A stretch of 64,000 nt of DNA, taken from positions 22,134,001 to 22,198,000 of the forward strand of contig CM022667.1 in the NCBI GenBank assembly GCA_012295275.1, written 5' to 3'. This DNA is from Chrysomallon squamiferum. Lineage: Eukaryota > Animalia > Mollusca. The translations under genes and the position numbers were made by a program. The notes under the pieces are model-generated. The model saw nothing but the letters and a program-made list of their open reading frames with translations. It was not told the origin of the DNA and did not search any database. This document shows positions 1 to 10,500 of this stretch, piece by piece (position 1 is the first letter of the stretch; each line of letters starts with the position of its first letter).

Positions 1-194
1 AGTCCACGTTACTATACTATTAGTTGATGTTATATAAAATACTAATAAACTTAAACAGAAATTAATAATGTGAGTTTATGAATTGCTTCTACAAGTGTTA
101 CTTTGATTGCCATTGCTATTTAATTTTATTTATTGCTGCTGTCACTTAATAGGAAATCTTTACTATAAAAACTGAATGTTAAACTTTGCTTCTT

Positions 195-490
195 CTACTA
201 CTACCACTACTATTATTATTATTATTACTACTATTACTACTGCTACTACTCCTACTACTATTTTTTGCAGTTTCTGCTGCTGCTATTGCTACTACTATTA
301 CTACTACTACTATCATTATCTACTATACCATTACTGCTATTACTGCAACTACTCTTACTGCTGCGAGTAATACACTATTGCTATAACAACAATATCAACT
401 ATTACTACCAATACCACTACTAATACTAATACTATTATTACAGTATTTCTACTTTTATTTATTACTACCAACATTGCTGCTGTTGCTGAT
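195..490. repeat. Degenerate trinucleotide (TAC/TAT/TGC) low-complexity tract
   Basis: Visible triplet periodicity; it generates the poly-T/L/Y pseudo-ORFs. Confidence 0.9.
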
Positions 491-894
491 ATTAAATTAT
501 TAAATACAAAATTACAGAAAGTTATTTTCATCAATATTATATTCCTTCCAAAATATCGTACTGAAAACAATACAAACCCGATTTCTTTAGGTTTCATCTA
601 TATTCACGTATTGCTCACTAATCTATTTCCCTTTATACACTCAGTTGTTCATTGTTCGAGTTTCAAAATAAAGTAGTAGTTCTACTAAATTTCATGTTTG
701 AATTGGATTATAGTGGATTTAATACCGCTAAACGGCTCTAATGCAAACCGTTAGTATATCCTTTTAAACGTTACACTTTATGTTTAAAATATGTAGACGA
801 GCAGAACACACCTTTATTTTATTACCATTTTTTAAAATTATTATTATTATTGGGGGTCATTATTTTTTTCTTCATGCAGATTTTAATATTTATC

Positions 895-944
<50 letters not shown>

Positions 945-1109
945 ATGCTCATGATCATTACTTTTGTTTTTGCTGTTTTTCTCATCTTTCTCGATGTTGT
1001 TGTTCTGCTTCCTCATTTTATTTTACATATTAATTTACGGAAACGTTTAAATAGCGGATGCATTTATTTCTGTTATATTCCCACAGTGATATCCTAAATC
1101 ACAGACAAA

Positions 1110-1111
<2 letters not shown>

Positions 1112-1186
<75 letters not shown>
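1112..1186. repeat. Compound microsatellite (AC)n(AG)n
   Basis: Direct reading. Confidence 0.95.
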
Positions 1187-1187
<1 letters not shown>

Positions 1188-1706
1188 CTGTGTCGAACAA
1201 TTATTGAAGTGTCAAACTATGTGAAAGGGTGGACACGATATCACGTCAATTAGTTCTCACAGTAGAGTCTGCCAAGGATGCACAAATGTCGACAATATAG
1301 ACCAAATCCTTATATAATTTATACCATTGTCAGTAACAACCACACCTGTTAGCGAACTTGGTTCTGTACAGTACTGAACAAAGCGAACAATTACACGCCA
1401 GTGTAATCAGTGTCTGCTGGAAATTATGATAATAACAAGTGGAAAATGTATTCAGCTGAACAGTAATGTTACCTGCCAAGTAACAACATGTGTGTCATTC
1501 TTGCATCGAGAAATGTTCCAGCACTCACGAGAACGATGATCACCAGATATTACGTAATTGTAAAGTATGATACGCCGAAACAGTGAAGTGCGTTTGATTT
1601 TAGATTCGATATGAAAAAATGTGTGGCTTTTGCAACCTTACGAGTTTCTTCTTCGAACTTGTCTTGTTGTAGTTGTTGTTTTTGGTTTTTTTTTTTTAAA
1701 TTATCA

Positions 1707-1749
<43 letters not shown>

Positions 1750-1772
1750 GTCAAGAACTGGTGTAAATACGA

Positions 1773-2009
1773 ACGGGTGTTGTCCTCTCCAGACCGGAAC
1801 TACTCTTTCAAGCCGCGTGGCGTTCAGTCACTCGCCGCGTGTCGAATCGCCACAGTTGTGTATCGTCAATTTTCTTCATGTTTTGAATTTTAAAATGTTT
1901 ATGCCTAATTATTTACATATTTAGATGCCTTAGTAGCAGAAAACCGGAAAATCCAGAAATCTGGAATGCCTCATGCCTCAAGGAGTCCGGATAATTGGTT
2001 CCGTACCTG
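1773..2009. mobile_element. Partial inverted copy of the same MITE
   Basis: Approximate reverse complement of 7281-7521; ends ...CCGGATAATTGGTTCCGTACCTG followed by TA (2010-2011). Confidence 0.8.
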
Positions 2010-2127
2010 TATAACTATTTTGTCATTATCGTTATCATCAGTATTATTATTATTGTTGTTGTTGTTGTTAAATTGAACAATAAAGATTTCCTATTTCTAC
2101 TTACTACCATCGGCAACACTTCTAAAA

Positions 2128-2207
<80 letters not shown>

Positions 2208-3617
2208 TAAAATTAACAGTTTTGAACTTACCACCATTTCCTCTAGGTATTATTAAGGTATTCAGAGTCTCACTATACGATCATGTGTTCAAATACAATA
2301 TACATTAATCTGAGGCAGTGCTTTAAAAAAAAATATATATATATATATATTATTATTATTATTATTATTTTATTTTTTGTATTTTTCATTTTTTTAATGT
2401 TACCATCTAATACTCCACTGCACAGCCTGTATTTTGTTATCATTTAAAAACACTTTTTTTAGTAGTTACAAATTCATTAGTAGTTAACTTTATTTATTTA
2501 TCTTACTGTATTGAGATTGATGTATCTTTAGTGTTATGACATAATTCTCTCTCTTTTTTAAATAACATAATACTGATGTGAATACACTAAGCATAAACAA
2601 TTCATAAGCAAAGCACTATCCATGGCTTGAGATAAAAGTTCAGTAGATGAATATCAGAAACTAAATATCTTCAATTATCAATTATCCTTTTAATTTTGGG
2701 CAGACATCGATATTCTGACTCATTAAAAGGAATACTCACTATTGATCTAAACAAATGCAAGGCATTTGCTTTGGTTATATTGTGTGATAAAGGTAGAAAG
2801 TATCAGTATTTGTAACTAGTGTCTAGAGAGCAGCATGGAGGCGATGAAATCAGATAATATTATTTGAAGTTTTTCTAAAATCCTCGATCCAAGATTAATT
2901 AATTAATTAAATAGTGTTTTATCAACATTTTTAAAATCATTATTTATTTATTTATTTATTTATTTTAATTTAATATATTCTGTTATAAAGCAAAGACAAC
3001 AGTCATTGATAAAATAATGTAAATAGCCAGTTTCGCTAACTGTCCAGCATTATTCGTTATTTATCCTCTCTTAGAACAAAATTTGAGCCACAGACAACCT
3101 GAATATATAAAGAAAATAAAAGAACATAACACGAAAAGGAAGAAAAACCTTTTAATGTAATAATCCGCTCAACATAATATAAATTTTTGGTTATTTAGCT
3201 GCATCGAAAAAGCGCCGGTCAGAATAAAGAAGGGCAATAATTCTTCTTCACTGAACAAACTAAGCAGAGTTGTCGTCTACGTTTCTATATTATTATTTTT
3301 TTTATAAACAACTGAAAGACTAATCACAGATAAATAATAACAAAACTAAATAAACAAACAAATAGATCTGGTGATAGATATTCATATGATGCATCACTGT
3401 GTGAATGGTTTTACTGCATTAATCACAAAAAATTAGCCTCATATACACATACAGTTGTGAAGATGTTTGTGTGTGATGTACGAGAGTTTTACACTCTTTA
3501 AAAAAACTACAGTATCAGTATCTCAGAGAAATACCGGAACTTCAGACAAGGCTGAAGTTTAAATTTTAAGTATCTCTTGATTTTTATTATTATTATTTTG
3601 TTGTTTATCTGGAATTT

Positions 3618-3652
<35 letters not shown>

Positions 3653-3653
3653 C

Positions 3654-3689
<36 letters not shown>

Positions 3690-3813
3690 TGATTAAAATT
3701 AATATTCTCGACTTTGTTTATCGTAAAACCCGGTTATCTATGAAACTGCATTTCATTAGATACATTTCTTTTGTATATACTAACAATAGATATTTTGTTA
3801 GAATACTATATAA

Positions 3814-3935
<122 letters not shown>

Positions 3936-4763
3936 GAAATGGAGAAAATATAAAATAAACGACAAATATGAAGTTAATATGTATTAATAATTATAATCAG
4001 TAAATAAACTGCCTTTAATTAAAGTTTCTTTGACCATCTGTAATACTCTTTTACAGGAAAATACACGATAACAAACTTTTATGGGCAGTTTTTAAATTTT
4101 AAAAGTAACATTAATTAGCTGCCATGCTATGGCGTGTTTTGAGTCACAAACTAATACAGCTTTAAAATGTGTCCAGCCTGGTGTATTCCGCGAGTCTAAT
4201 GTATACGGTCTTCGGTGGTTGATTCAAGGTTCAAGTTCTGGTCTCGAAGAAGCAGCGGCAAGGGGGAGGATTACCCAACACGGCGGTTACGTTTGATGAA
4301 CACGGAGGTGTAACTTAAACTTATATTAATGTAATAACTTGATTGTCCCGTGACCAATTCCGTTTTTAATTAGAATTCATTTGATTCCGTATTTCCACAA
4401 AACCATAAATAATTTACAAGTGTTATTTTATTTTATTTTATTACAAAATATGTTCTGTATATAAATAAATAACTCAAACTGCACTCTTCTTTATGTGTTA
4501 TTTATCTAGTGGATATATATGTGTGTGTGTGTGTGTGTATGTATATGTGTATATATATATATACTGTCACAGTTTAAAATTTACGAAGTCACCGAGTTCT
4601 AAATCCCTAGACACGATAACGAGCACTTTAGTCATTGACACCGTGACGTTTTTATTTCTTTAAAATAATAATAATAGTAGTAGTAGTGGTAGTAGTAGTA
4701 GTTACACTCACATATTCAGTTTCCACCTGTTCTCCATTCATTAGGAAACCCCACAACATCCAA

Positions 4764-4899
4764 CCAATCAGACAGCAAGCACGTAACCATGCACGTTATG
4801 CACGTGCACAAAAACGTATAAATAACAAACTTTTGCACGTTCTTTCTCCTCTTGAAACTAATTGTTGTTTGATGTCAAACCTGCTTTTTGTATTTTTCG
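4764..4899 (+). promoter_or_regulatory. Globin promoter and probable non-coding first exon: CCAAT box, four GCACGT (HRE, RCGTG on the - strand) motifs, TATA box
   Basis: CCAAT 4764-4768; CACGT at 4780, 4792, 4801 (palindromic CACGTG) and 4836; TATAAATA 4817-4824; donor G|GTAAGA at 4900; acceptor TTTTCTTCAG ending 5166, 10 nt before the globin ATG. Confidence 0.7.
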
Positions 4900-5176
4900 G
4901 TAAGACCCGAATTATTTTATCTTTTGTTTCGAATTTTGGTACGTTGTTAATAATTAGGCCTTTAATTTTTCAAAATTACGGATATGTACATTAAATTCGT
5001 TTTAATTTTACGTATATAATACTTTCATCTCCTTTATCATTATGAAGTAAAAAAATTATGTTCCTGGAGTTGGGTATCTTGAAATAAACTGGGTAACGAA
5101 ATACTGTCCGTAATTATCCAGTTTATACTTTTTGAAATGTGAACACAAGTTTAAGATTTTCTTCAGTCTGTTCAAG

Positions 5177-5914
5177 ATGACAATCACAGAGGAACAAGCT
5201 ACATCTGTGAAAGGATCGTGGAAAAAAGTGGCAACGGACTTGAAAACGCATGCCGTCAAAATATTTGTCAAGTAAGATCAATTGCTTTTAAAAATTCTAA
5301 GTCATGAACTAACTGTGGAAAAATGTTCAATTTTTTTTTTTTTTTTTTTCTTATTCCCGGAATGGGATAGTCAGATTTAGAAATTTCTAACAATGTGACT
5401 ATTTTTAGATTTTTGATGGAGAATCCCGATCAACAGGCTTTTTTCAAGAAATTTGAAAGTGTATCTAAAGACGACTTGGCAGGAAACGACGAGGTAGCGA
5501 AACAAGCAATGGACGTCATGACGGCTCTGGGCAAGTTCATCGACGTCATTGATAACGCTGACAGCTTAAAAGATGCAGTCAAACCAGTGGCTGTCAGTCA
5601 CAAAACCAGGAACATAACTTTACAAAACTTCCAGGTAAACTGATATAATTGCAGAATTCAGAATTCAAATTTTAGTCGGGGCATGAAATTCAAAATTTTT
5701 TGTGCAAAATTCACTTTCAAAAAGTTGGATCTAAAATTTTATATATTAAAATACATTGCTAATTAAAACTGACATGGTGCGTCCAATTTACTTTTTGTTT
5801 CAGAAAATGTTCACAGTGATAACGGATTACGTTGTAGCTAATGCTGAGGGAGACAAGGCAGCTTGGTCTGTGGCACTGGAAACGATAGGCACAGCAATTG
5901 GTGCCCAACAATAA
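5177..5914 (+). CDS. Single-domain globin (myoglobin/intracellular hemoglobin-like), 143 aa, 3 coding exons
   Basis: Exons 5177-5271, 5409-5634 and 5804-5914 have GT-AG introns at phase 2 and phase 0, the classical globin B12.2 and G7.0 positions. Translation: MTITEEQATSVKGSWKKVATDLKTHAVKIFVKFLMENPDQQAFFKKFESVSKDDLAGNDEVAKQAMDVMTALGKFIDVIDNADSLKDAVKPVAVSHKTRNITLQNFQKMFTVITDYVVANAEGDKAAWSVALETIGTAIGAQQ*. It shows A-helix SW, C2 Pro, CD1 Phe, F8 His (VSHKTR) and H-helix AW. ATTAAA at 5984-5989. Confidence 0.95.
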
Positions 5915-6852
5915 CAAGTTCTGCATTTACTACATATCAATACAGCATTGTAATCTTGTTAAATTCTTGAACTGTCTGTTGGCATTAAAACTGTTGAAAT
6001 GTATTAGTGTGTTGAATAGTTATCTAAAAATTTAATGCTATCTAGTGCAATCATTAAAGTTCACATCTGTGGTGGCTACTTTATTAGTAACGTAGATAAT
6101 CTGATAGTATGGATTGACTACATGTACCTAAAAAAAAATTCCAATTTTTAAGGAAAATTATTAAAAATCGCGAAGTAATGAAGCCATTTAAAATATCTGC
6201 ATAAAATGAAAGTTTGTATGTACGTTTAGATCGAATTCAAACTATTAACTTTAAATATTTAACACATCAAGAGTATCCAGTTCCAACAATACAAATCGAC
6301 CATAAATTCAAACGATTTTGAAAATATTGTAGAAACATTTCACATTGCAGACCCAGAAATAAAATATTAACCTACTGTACAACTGGTGCAAAAAGACCAC
6401 AGCTGACAGATAAATACTATTCGGCTTTAAGTAGATGTCTATAACTATTGCCAACCAGAGTACAAAATGCCGCAAATGTTTCTACAGAATTTATATATAT
6501 GTATTCTTGTGTGCGGGGAAGGAAATGCATTGGCAGGTATTGCTCTATAACAAATGAATACCACTCCTGTTTTACAACGCACCAGAAACTGGTATACATA
6601 TATATATGTATATGTATATTCATTTACAAAAATAGAATTCGTTCAAAACCTGAGAGCTACTAATAAACACATTAAAATTGTTTTCGAAATTCTTAGTTTA
6701 TTCTTTTGTGCTTGACATAAAAGTGCATGTGTATAACAGTATAAATACAACTTTATATATAATTAATAATTAAAAAAAAAATAATTTAAAAAAAAAGTGT
6801 TTACTATTCACACAGCATAATATTTTTTATCAACAATTTAAAAAAGACACTA

Positions 6853-7047
6853 CAGTGTACCGGACCAATTATCCGGACTCCTTGAGGCCTGAGGCATTCC
6901 CGATTTCTGGATTTTCCGGTTTTCTGCTACTAAGGCATCTAAATATGTAAATAATTAGGCATAAACATTTTAAAATTAAAAACATGAAGAAAATTGTTGA
7001 TACACTACTGTGGCCACTCGACAAGTAAACAGTGCGGCGAGTGATTG
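6853..7047. mobile_element. Truncated copy of the same MITE (left end only), in tandem orientation with 7281-7615
   Basis: TA + CAGTGTACCGGACCAATTATCCGG, then ~170 bp nearly identical to 7304-7470; breaks off at 7047. Confidence 0.8.
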
Positions 7048-7106
7048 AATAATACCTAGAGGAAATGGTGATAAGTTCAAAACTGTTAATTTTAATTATG
7101 ATTATG

Positions 7107-7139
<33 letters not shown>

Positions 7140-7280
7140 TTTTTTTTTTTTTTTTAGAAGTGTTTTAGAAGTGTTGCCGATGGTAGTAAGTAGAAATAGG
7201 AAATCTTTATTGTTCAGTTTAACAACAACAACAACAATAATAATAATACTGATGATAACGATAATGACAAAATAGTTATA

Positions 7281-7615
7281 CAGGTACGGAACCAATTATC
7301 CGGACTCTTTGAGGCATGAGGCATTCCAGATTTCTGGATTTTCCGGTTTTCTGCTACTAAGGCATCTAAATATGTAAATAATTAGGCATAAACATTTTAA
7401 AATTAAAAACATGAAGAAAATTGTTGATACTGTGGCCACTCGACACATAAACAGTGCGGCGAGTGAATGAACGCCACGCGGCTTGAAAGATTAGTTCCGG
7501 TCTGGTGAGGACAACACCCGTGCGCTCGAACTATGAAAACAGCGTCGGGGAAAAAAACTTCCAGTTTTCTGGTCTTTCCGAATTTCAGGACACCGGATAA
7601 TTGGTCCGGTACCTG
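7281..7615. mobile_element. Complete non-autonomous Tc1/mariner (pogo/Tigger-type) MITE, 335 bp
   Basis: TIRs CAGGTACGGAACCAATTATCCGG ... CCGGATAATTGGTCCGGTACCTG, flanked by TA (7279-7280 and 7616-7617); no ORF. Confidence 0.85.
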
Positions 7616-8328
7616 TAATTACATTCTATCGCAACTGTTCCAAATTTAATATTAACTTTAACATTTATTAATACTTTTACTCTCGATTTCAAGAGTAATG
7701 ATAATTTTTCTACATAAAGCGAAGAAAAAAAACTAAACAATGATTATTCTTTGAAGAAGAGAATAATAATAATAAAAATAAATAAATAAATAAATAAAAA
7801 TAAAAGCATAAAAACAACAACAGAATTACTTTTATCCGCTTCTCTTATGTTAAAAAACTCGATTCAAACTGATTATATAAAATTAGACACTTCTATTTTA
7901 AAATCATTTATCTTATAATAATATTATATGAATTCAGATACCAGTAATTTAGATGTTCTATTTTAAATTATTATCTGATATAATTCGATTGGTATTGGAT
8001 TATTCGATACACAATATAAATAAATCAATAAAAAATATATAAATAAAAACACGCACTTTCTTTTATTACAAAACAATACTTATATTATTCAGTCCATGTA
8101 AAATAAATAAATAAACGAATAATGACATTAGCTAGAACAACAAACAAAATTTTTTTTTTTTTTTTTTTTAAATATCATAAAAATACATTTATACATAAAT
8201 TTAAACAAAAGTATATAAAATCCCTTATGGATCTGATTATCATCATGAAAAACAATCGTGTAAATAATTACAATAAACAAATAAAATAACAATTATTTTT
8301 CAAATAAATAACCTTTCTGAGAGGTGGA

Positions 8329-10266
8329 CTATTTTCCAAAAGTAAGTTTGCACGATAAACTCTTATCTTGACTACATGTTAGAATCTGCTGGTAGAACAA
8401 CTGATTTGTATCTGAATTAAACATTTTGAATTCTATAGTGAACGTAGATGTGCAATCACTGACACATTTTTTGTTTACAGGAACAAGAATGTTATCATAT
8501 AAAGAAAAGAAGTTATGGCAGTACACACTTCTGTGTTGGTCATATGTTACAACTTCTTTGGGAAATTCAGATGGTCCTGTCTCCAAAAGATCGCTCCGTG
8601 AGCATTTATTTTGGCAAGTACTTTCATCAGCAAGAATTTTGACCTCAACTGTTTCGTGAAAAGAACACAAAGAACAAATTTTGAATATGTGTTTTTGTCT
8701 GTCCAATATTTTACTGGAGGAACGCACTCCACTCAATTTATGTCCGAGGTAAAGAAACGTCACTTCCGGTGAAGGGCGACAATTGAGATGCAACATACTC
8801 TCAAGGTTACTGGAATGATTACGATTCAGATCGATCGGTTGACCGTACCATTCGACAGGATGGACGGACGGACAGTATGTGAAGATGTTTAAATTAATCC
8901 TTGATGTTGGGATTGTGGTGGGGAGAGACTGGCTGTTTTCACACAGACTGTAAAAAGCGGCAGCCTCGGACCAGCCGAAGTCTATGAGATTTACAACTCT
9001 AGATTTTGACTCGGAATAAGCTAGAGATGAGCACATGAGACGTAAGGAATGAAATACGGAGTAACAGCTTTTATAGACAGCCTGCTGCCTGTTGTAATGA
9101 CTAAAATGGAGTCTCTTTGACATATCCATACACATTTCATTATCCCGAACAGGAATTGTGCCATCAATGGCCGAACACAACCGGGCAAACAATTTAGCTC
9201 CACTGGAACAGAATGTATTTTTCCACGAATCGTTTTGCTTAAGTATATTTGGAAGAGGCATATAAAAATTTGGCGAGTTAACGGGAGATGTCTGTGAAAA
9301 GCATTCGTCCTCATCTTTATCGAGAGGTAGCGCTGAAGTCGTTTGGTGATATTCGTGTTCCGAGGTTAAAATACCTTTGATAAATGCACCTTCGTACGGA
9401 TACTGACCGCCGCATTTGGTCACCTTCAACGGTAGACGTGATGCACAGACTTCGCGGGAAAAGTCGGTTAACGGCGGTCGTTTTGATACTTCTGATATTA
9501 TTTTTGAGATTCGGTAAAACCTGGTTGTATAATGACCAAGATTCACAGAAACTGCGTAAGATAGAGGTGTCGATAAGTTCGACTTAGCAGTAGGTAAGGA
9601 AAATATTTTGATTTCCATCTCGTGAAATCCACTAGACCAGTCATAATTGATTATTGCACCGTCAGGAAGCATCACAGAAGCAAAATTATGCTCGCCCATG
9701 AATCGTATTTGATATTCGTCACTGCTGACGTTCCTGATATTCAGTGAATACACTGAATACATCGTACCATCTCCCGACTTGTGTCCGTTCACTGTCAGCG
9801 AGGTTTTGTTGTTAAATGTGACTTCAAATAGTTTGCTGTCTCCCGGGTCGGGAAACGATTTGAAGCTTGTGACAGTGAGCTGATTCTTAATCGTAGGTTG
9901 TGGCGACACTCCAGGCAAGTGTGTAATCACAACTGAGTATTCTTTGGAATCGCCTGACGTCTCTGAAGAACGTTCAGCATTTACACTCGAAAATATCCCG
10001 ACACACAATGACGCCGCAAGTACTACGACAGTAACAATGGACACTATAACAATTATCCTTCTTCTACGATTTTTACAGAATATCTGATAGCACCTTACGT
10101 TTCTGCGAGGCTGGTTCAGAAAAGTTTGTGTTTCCGGGTATGAAAGACCATTTCCGTTTAACTGGCGGCTATCAAGGACTGAATTATTGAGAATTGGCGT
10201 TTCTGATGACGCCATATCCGTCTGTCCATCACCTGGGAGAGGTGTGGTCAGCTCTACATCATTCAT
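8329..10266 (-). CDS. Uncharacterised single-coding-exon type II membrane glycoprotein, 645 aa, Cys-rich ectodomain
   Basis: 1938-nt open frame in very AT-rich surroundings. A ~70-aa N-tail ends in KNRRRR, followed by one hydrophobic helix IIVIVSIVTVVVLAASLCVGIF. The ectodomain has 20 Cys and N-glycosylation sequons (NKT, NVS, NLS, NDS, NHS). A splice acceptor (TTTCAG on -) lies 3 nt before the ATG, implying a 5' intron. Confidence 0.85.
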   Translation of the reverse strand: MNDVELTTPLPGDGQTDMASSETPILNNSVLDSRQLNGNGLSYPETQTFLNQPRRNVRCYQIFCKNRRRRIIVIVSIVTVVVLAASLCVGIFSSVNAERSSETSGDSKEYSVVITHLPGVSPQPTIKNQLTVTSFKSFPDPGDSKLFEVTFNNKTSLTVNGHKSGDGTMYSVYSLNIRNVSSDEYQIRFMGEHNFASVMLPDGAIINYDWSSGFHEMEIKIFSLPTAKSNLSTPLSYAVSVNLGHYTTRFYRISKIISEVSKRPPLTDFSREVCASRLPLKVTKCGGQYPYEGAFIKGILTSEHEYHQTTSALPLDKDEDECFSQTSPVNSPNFYMPLPNILKQNDSWKNTFCSSGAKLFARLCSAIDGTIPVRDNEMCMDMSKRLHFSHYNRQQAVYKSCYSVFHSLRLMCSSLAYSESKSRVVNLIDFGWSEAAAFYSLCENSQSLPTTIPTSRINLNIFTYCPSVHPVEWYGQPIDLNRNHSSNLESMLHLNCRPSPEVTFLYLGHKLSGVRSSSKILDRQKHIFKICSLCSFHETVEVKILADESTCQNKCSRSDLLETGPSEFPKEVVTYDQHRSVYCHNFFSLYDNILVPVNKKCVSDCTSTFTIEFKMFNSDTNQLFYQQILTCSQDKSLSCKLTFGK

Positions 10267-10303
10267 ATTCTGAAAGTTAATAAATTAAATATTAACATTA
10301 AAT

Positions 10304-10307
<4 letters not shown>

Positions 10308-10368
<61 letters not shown>

Positions 10369-10437
10369 AGGAGAAAATAATAACTACAAAGAATATTTCT
10401 AATATAATGAATAATTATTATTTCTTTTAACTAACTT

Positions 10438-10478
<41 letters not shown>

Positions 10479-10500
10479 ATAAATAAATAAATAAATAATA
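10308..10500. repeat. (GA)n plus (TAAC)n/(TAAA)n microsatellites in the 5' intron of the 645-aa gene
   Basis: Direct reading. Confidence 0.9.

Noticed and set aside
176-1097. ORFs with poly-T/L/Y/I runs
   Set aside because: Translations of trinucleotide microsatellites; no splice or domain support.
4170-4320. tRNA or tRNA-derived SINE head (GGTTCAAG B-box-like)
   Set aside because: No cloverleaf, clear A box or tail could be built.
4686-4994. 102-aa ORF upstream of the globin, or an N-terminal extension of it
   Set aside because: It spans the promoter. The ATG at 4872 splices out of frame with the globin, so it gives no signal or acylation extension.
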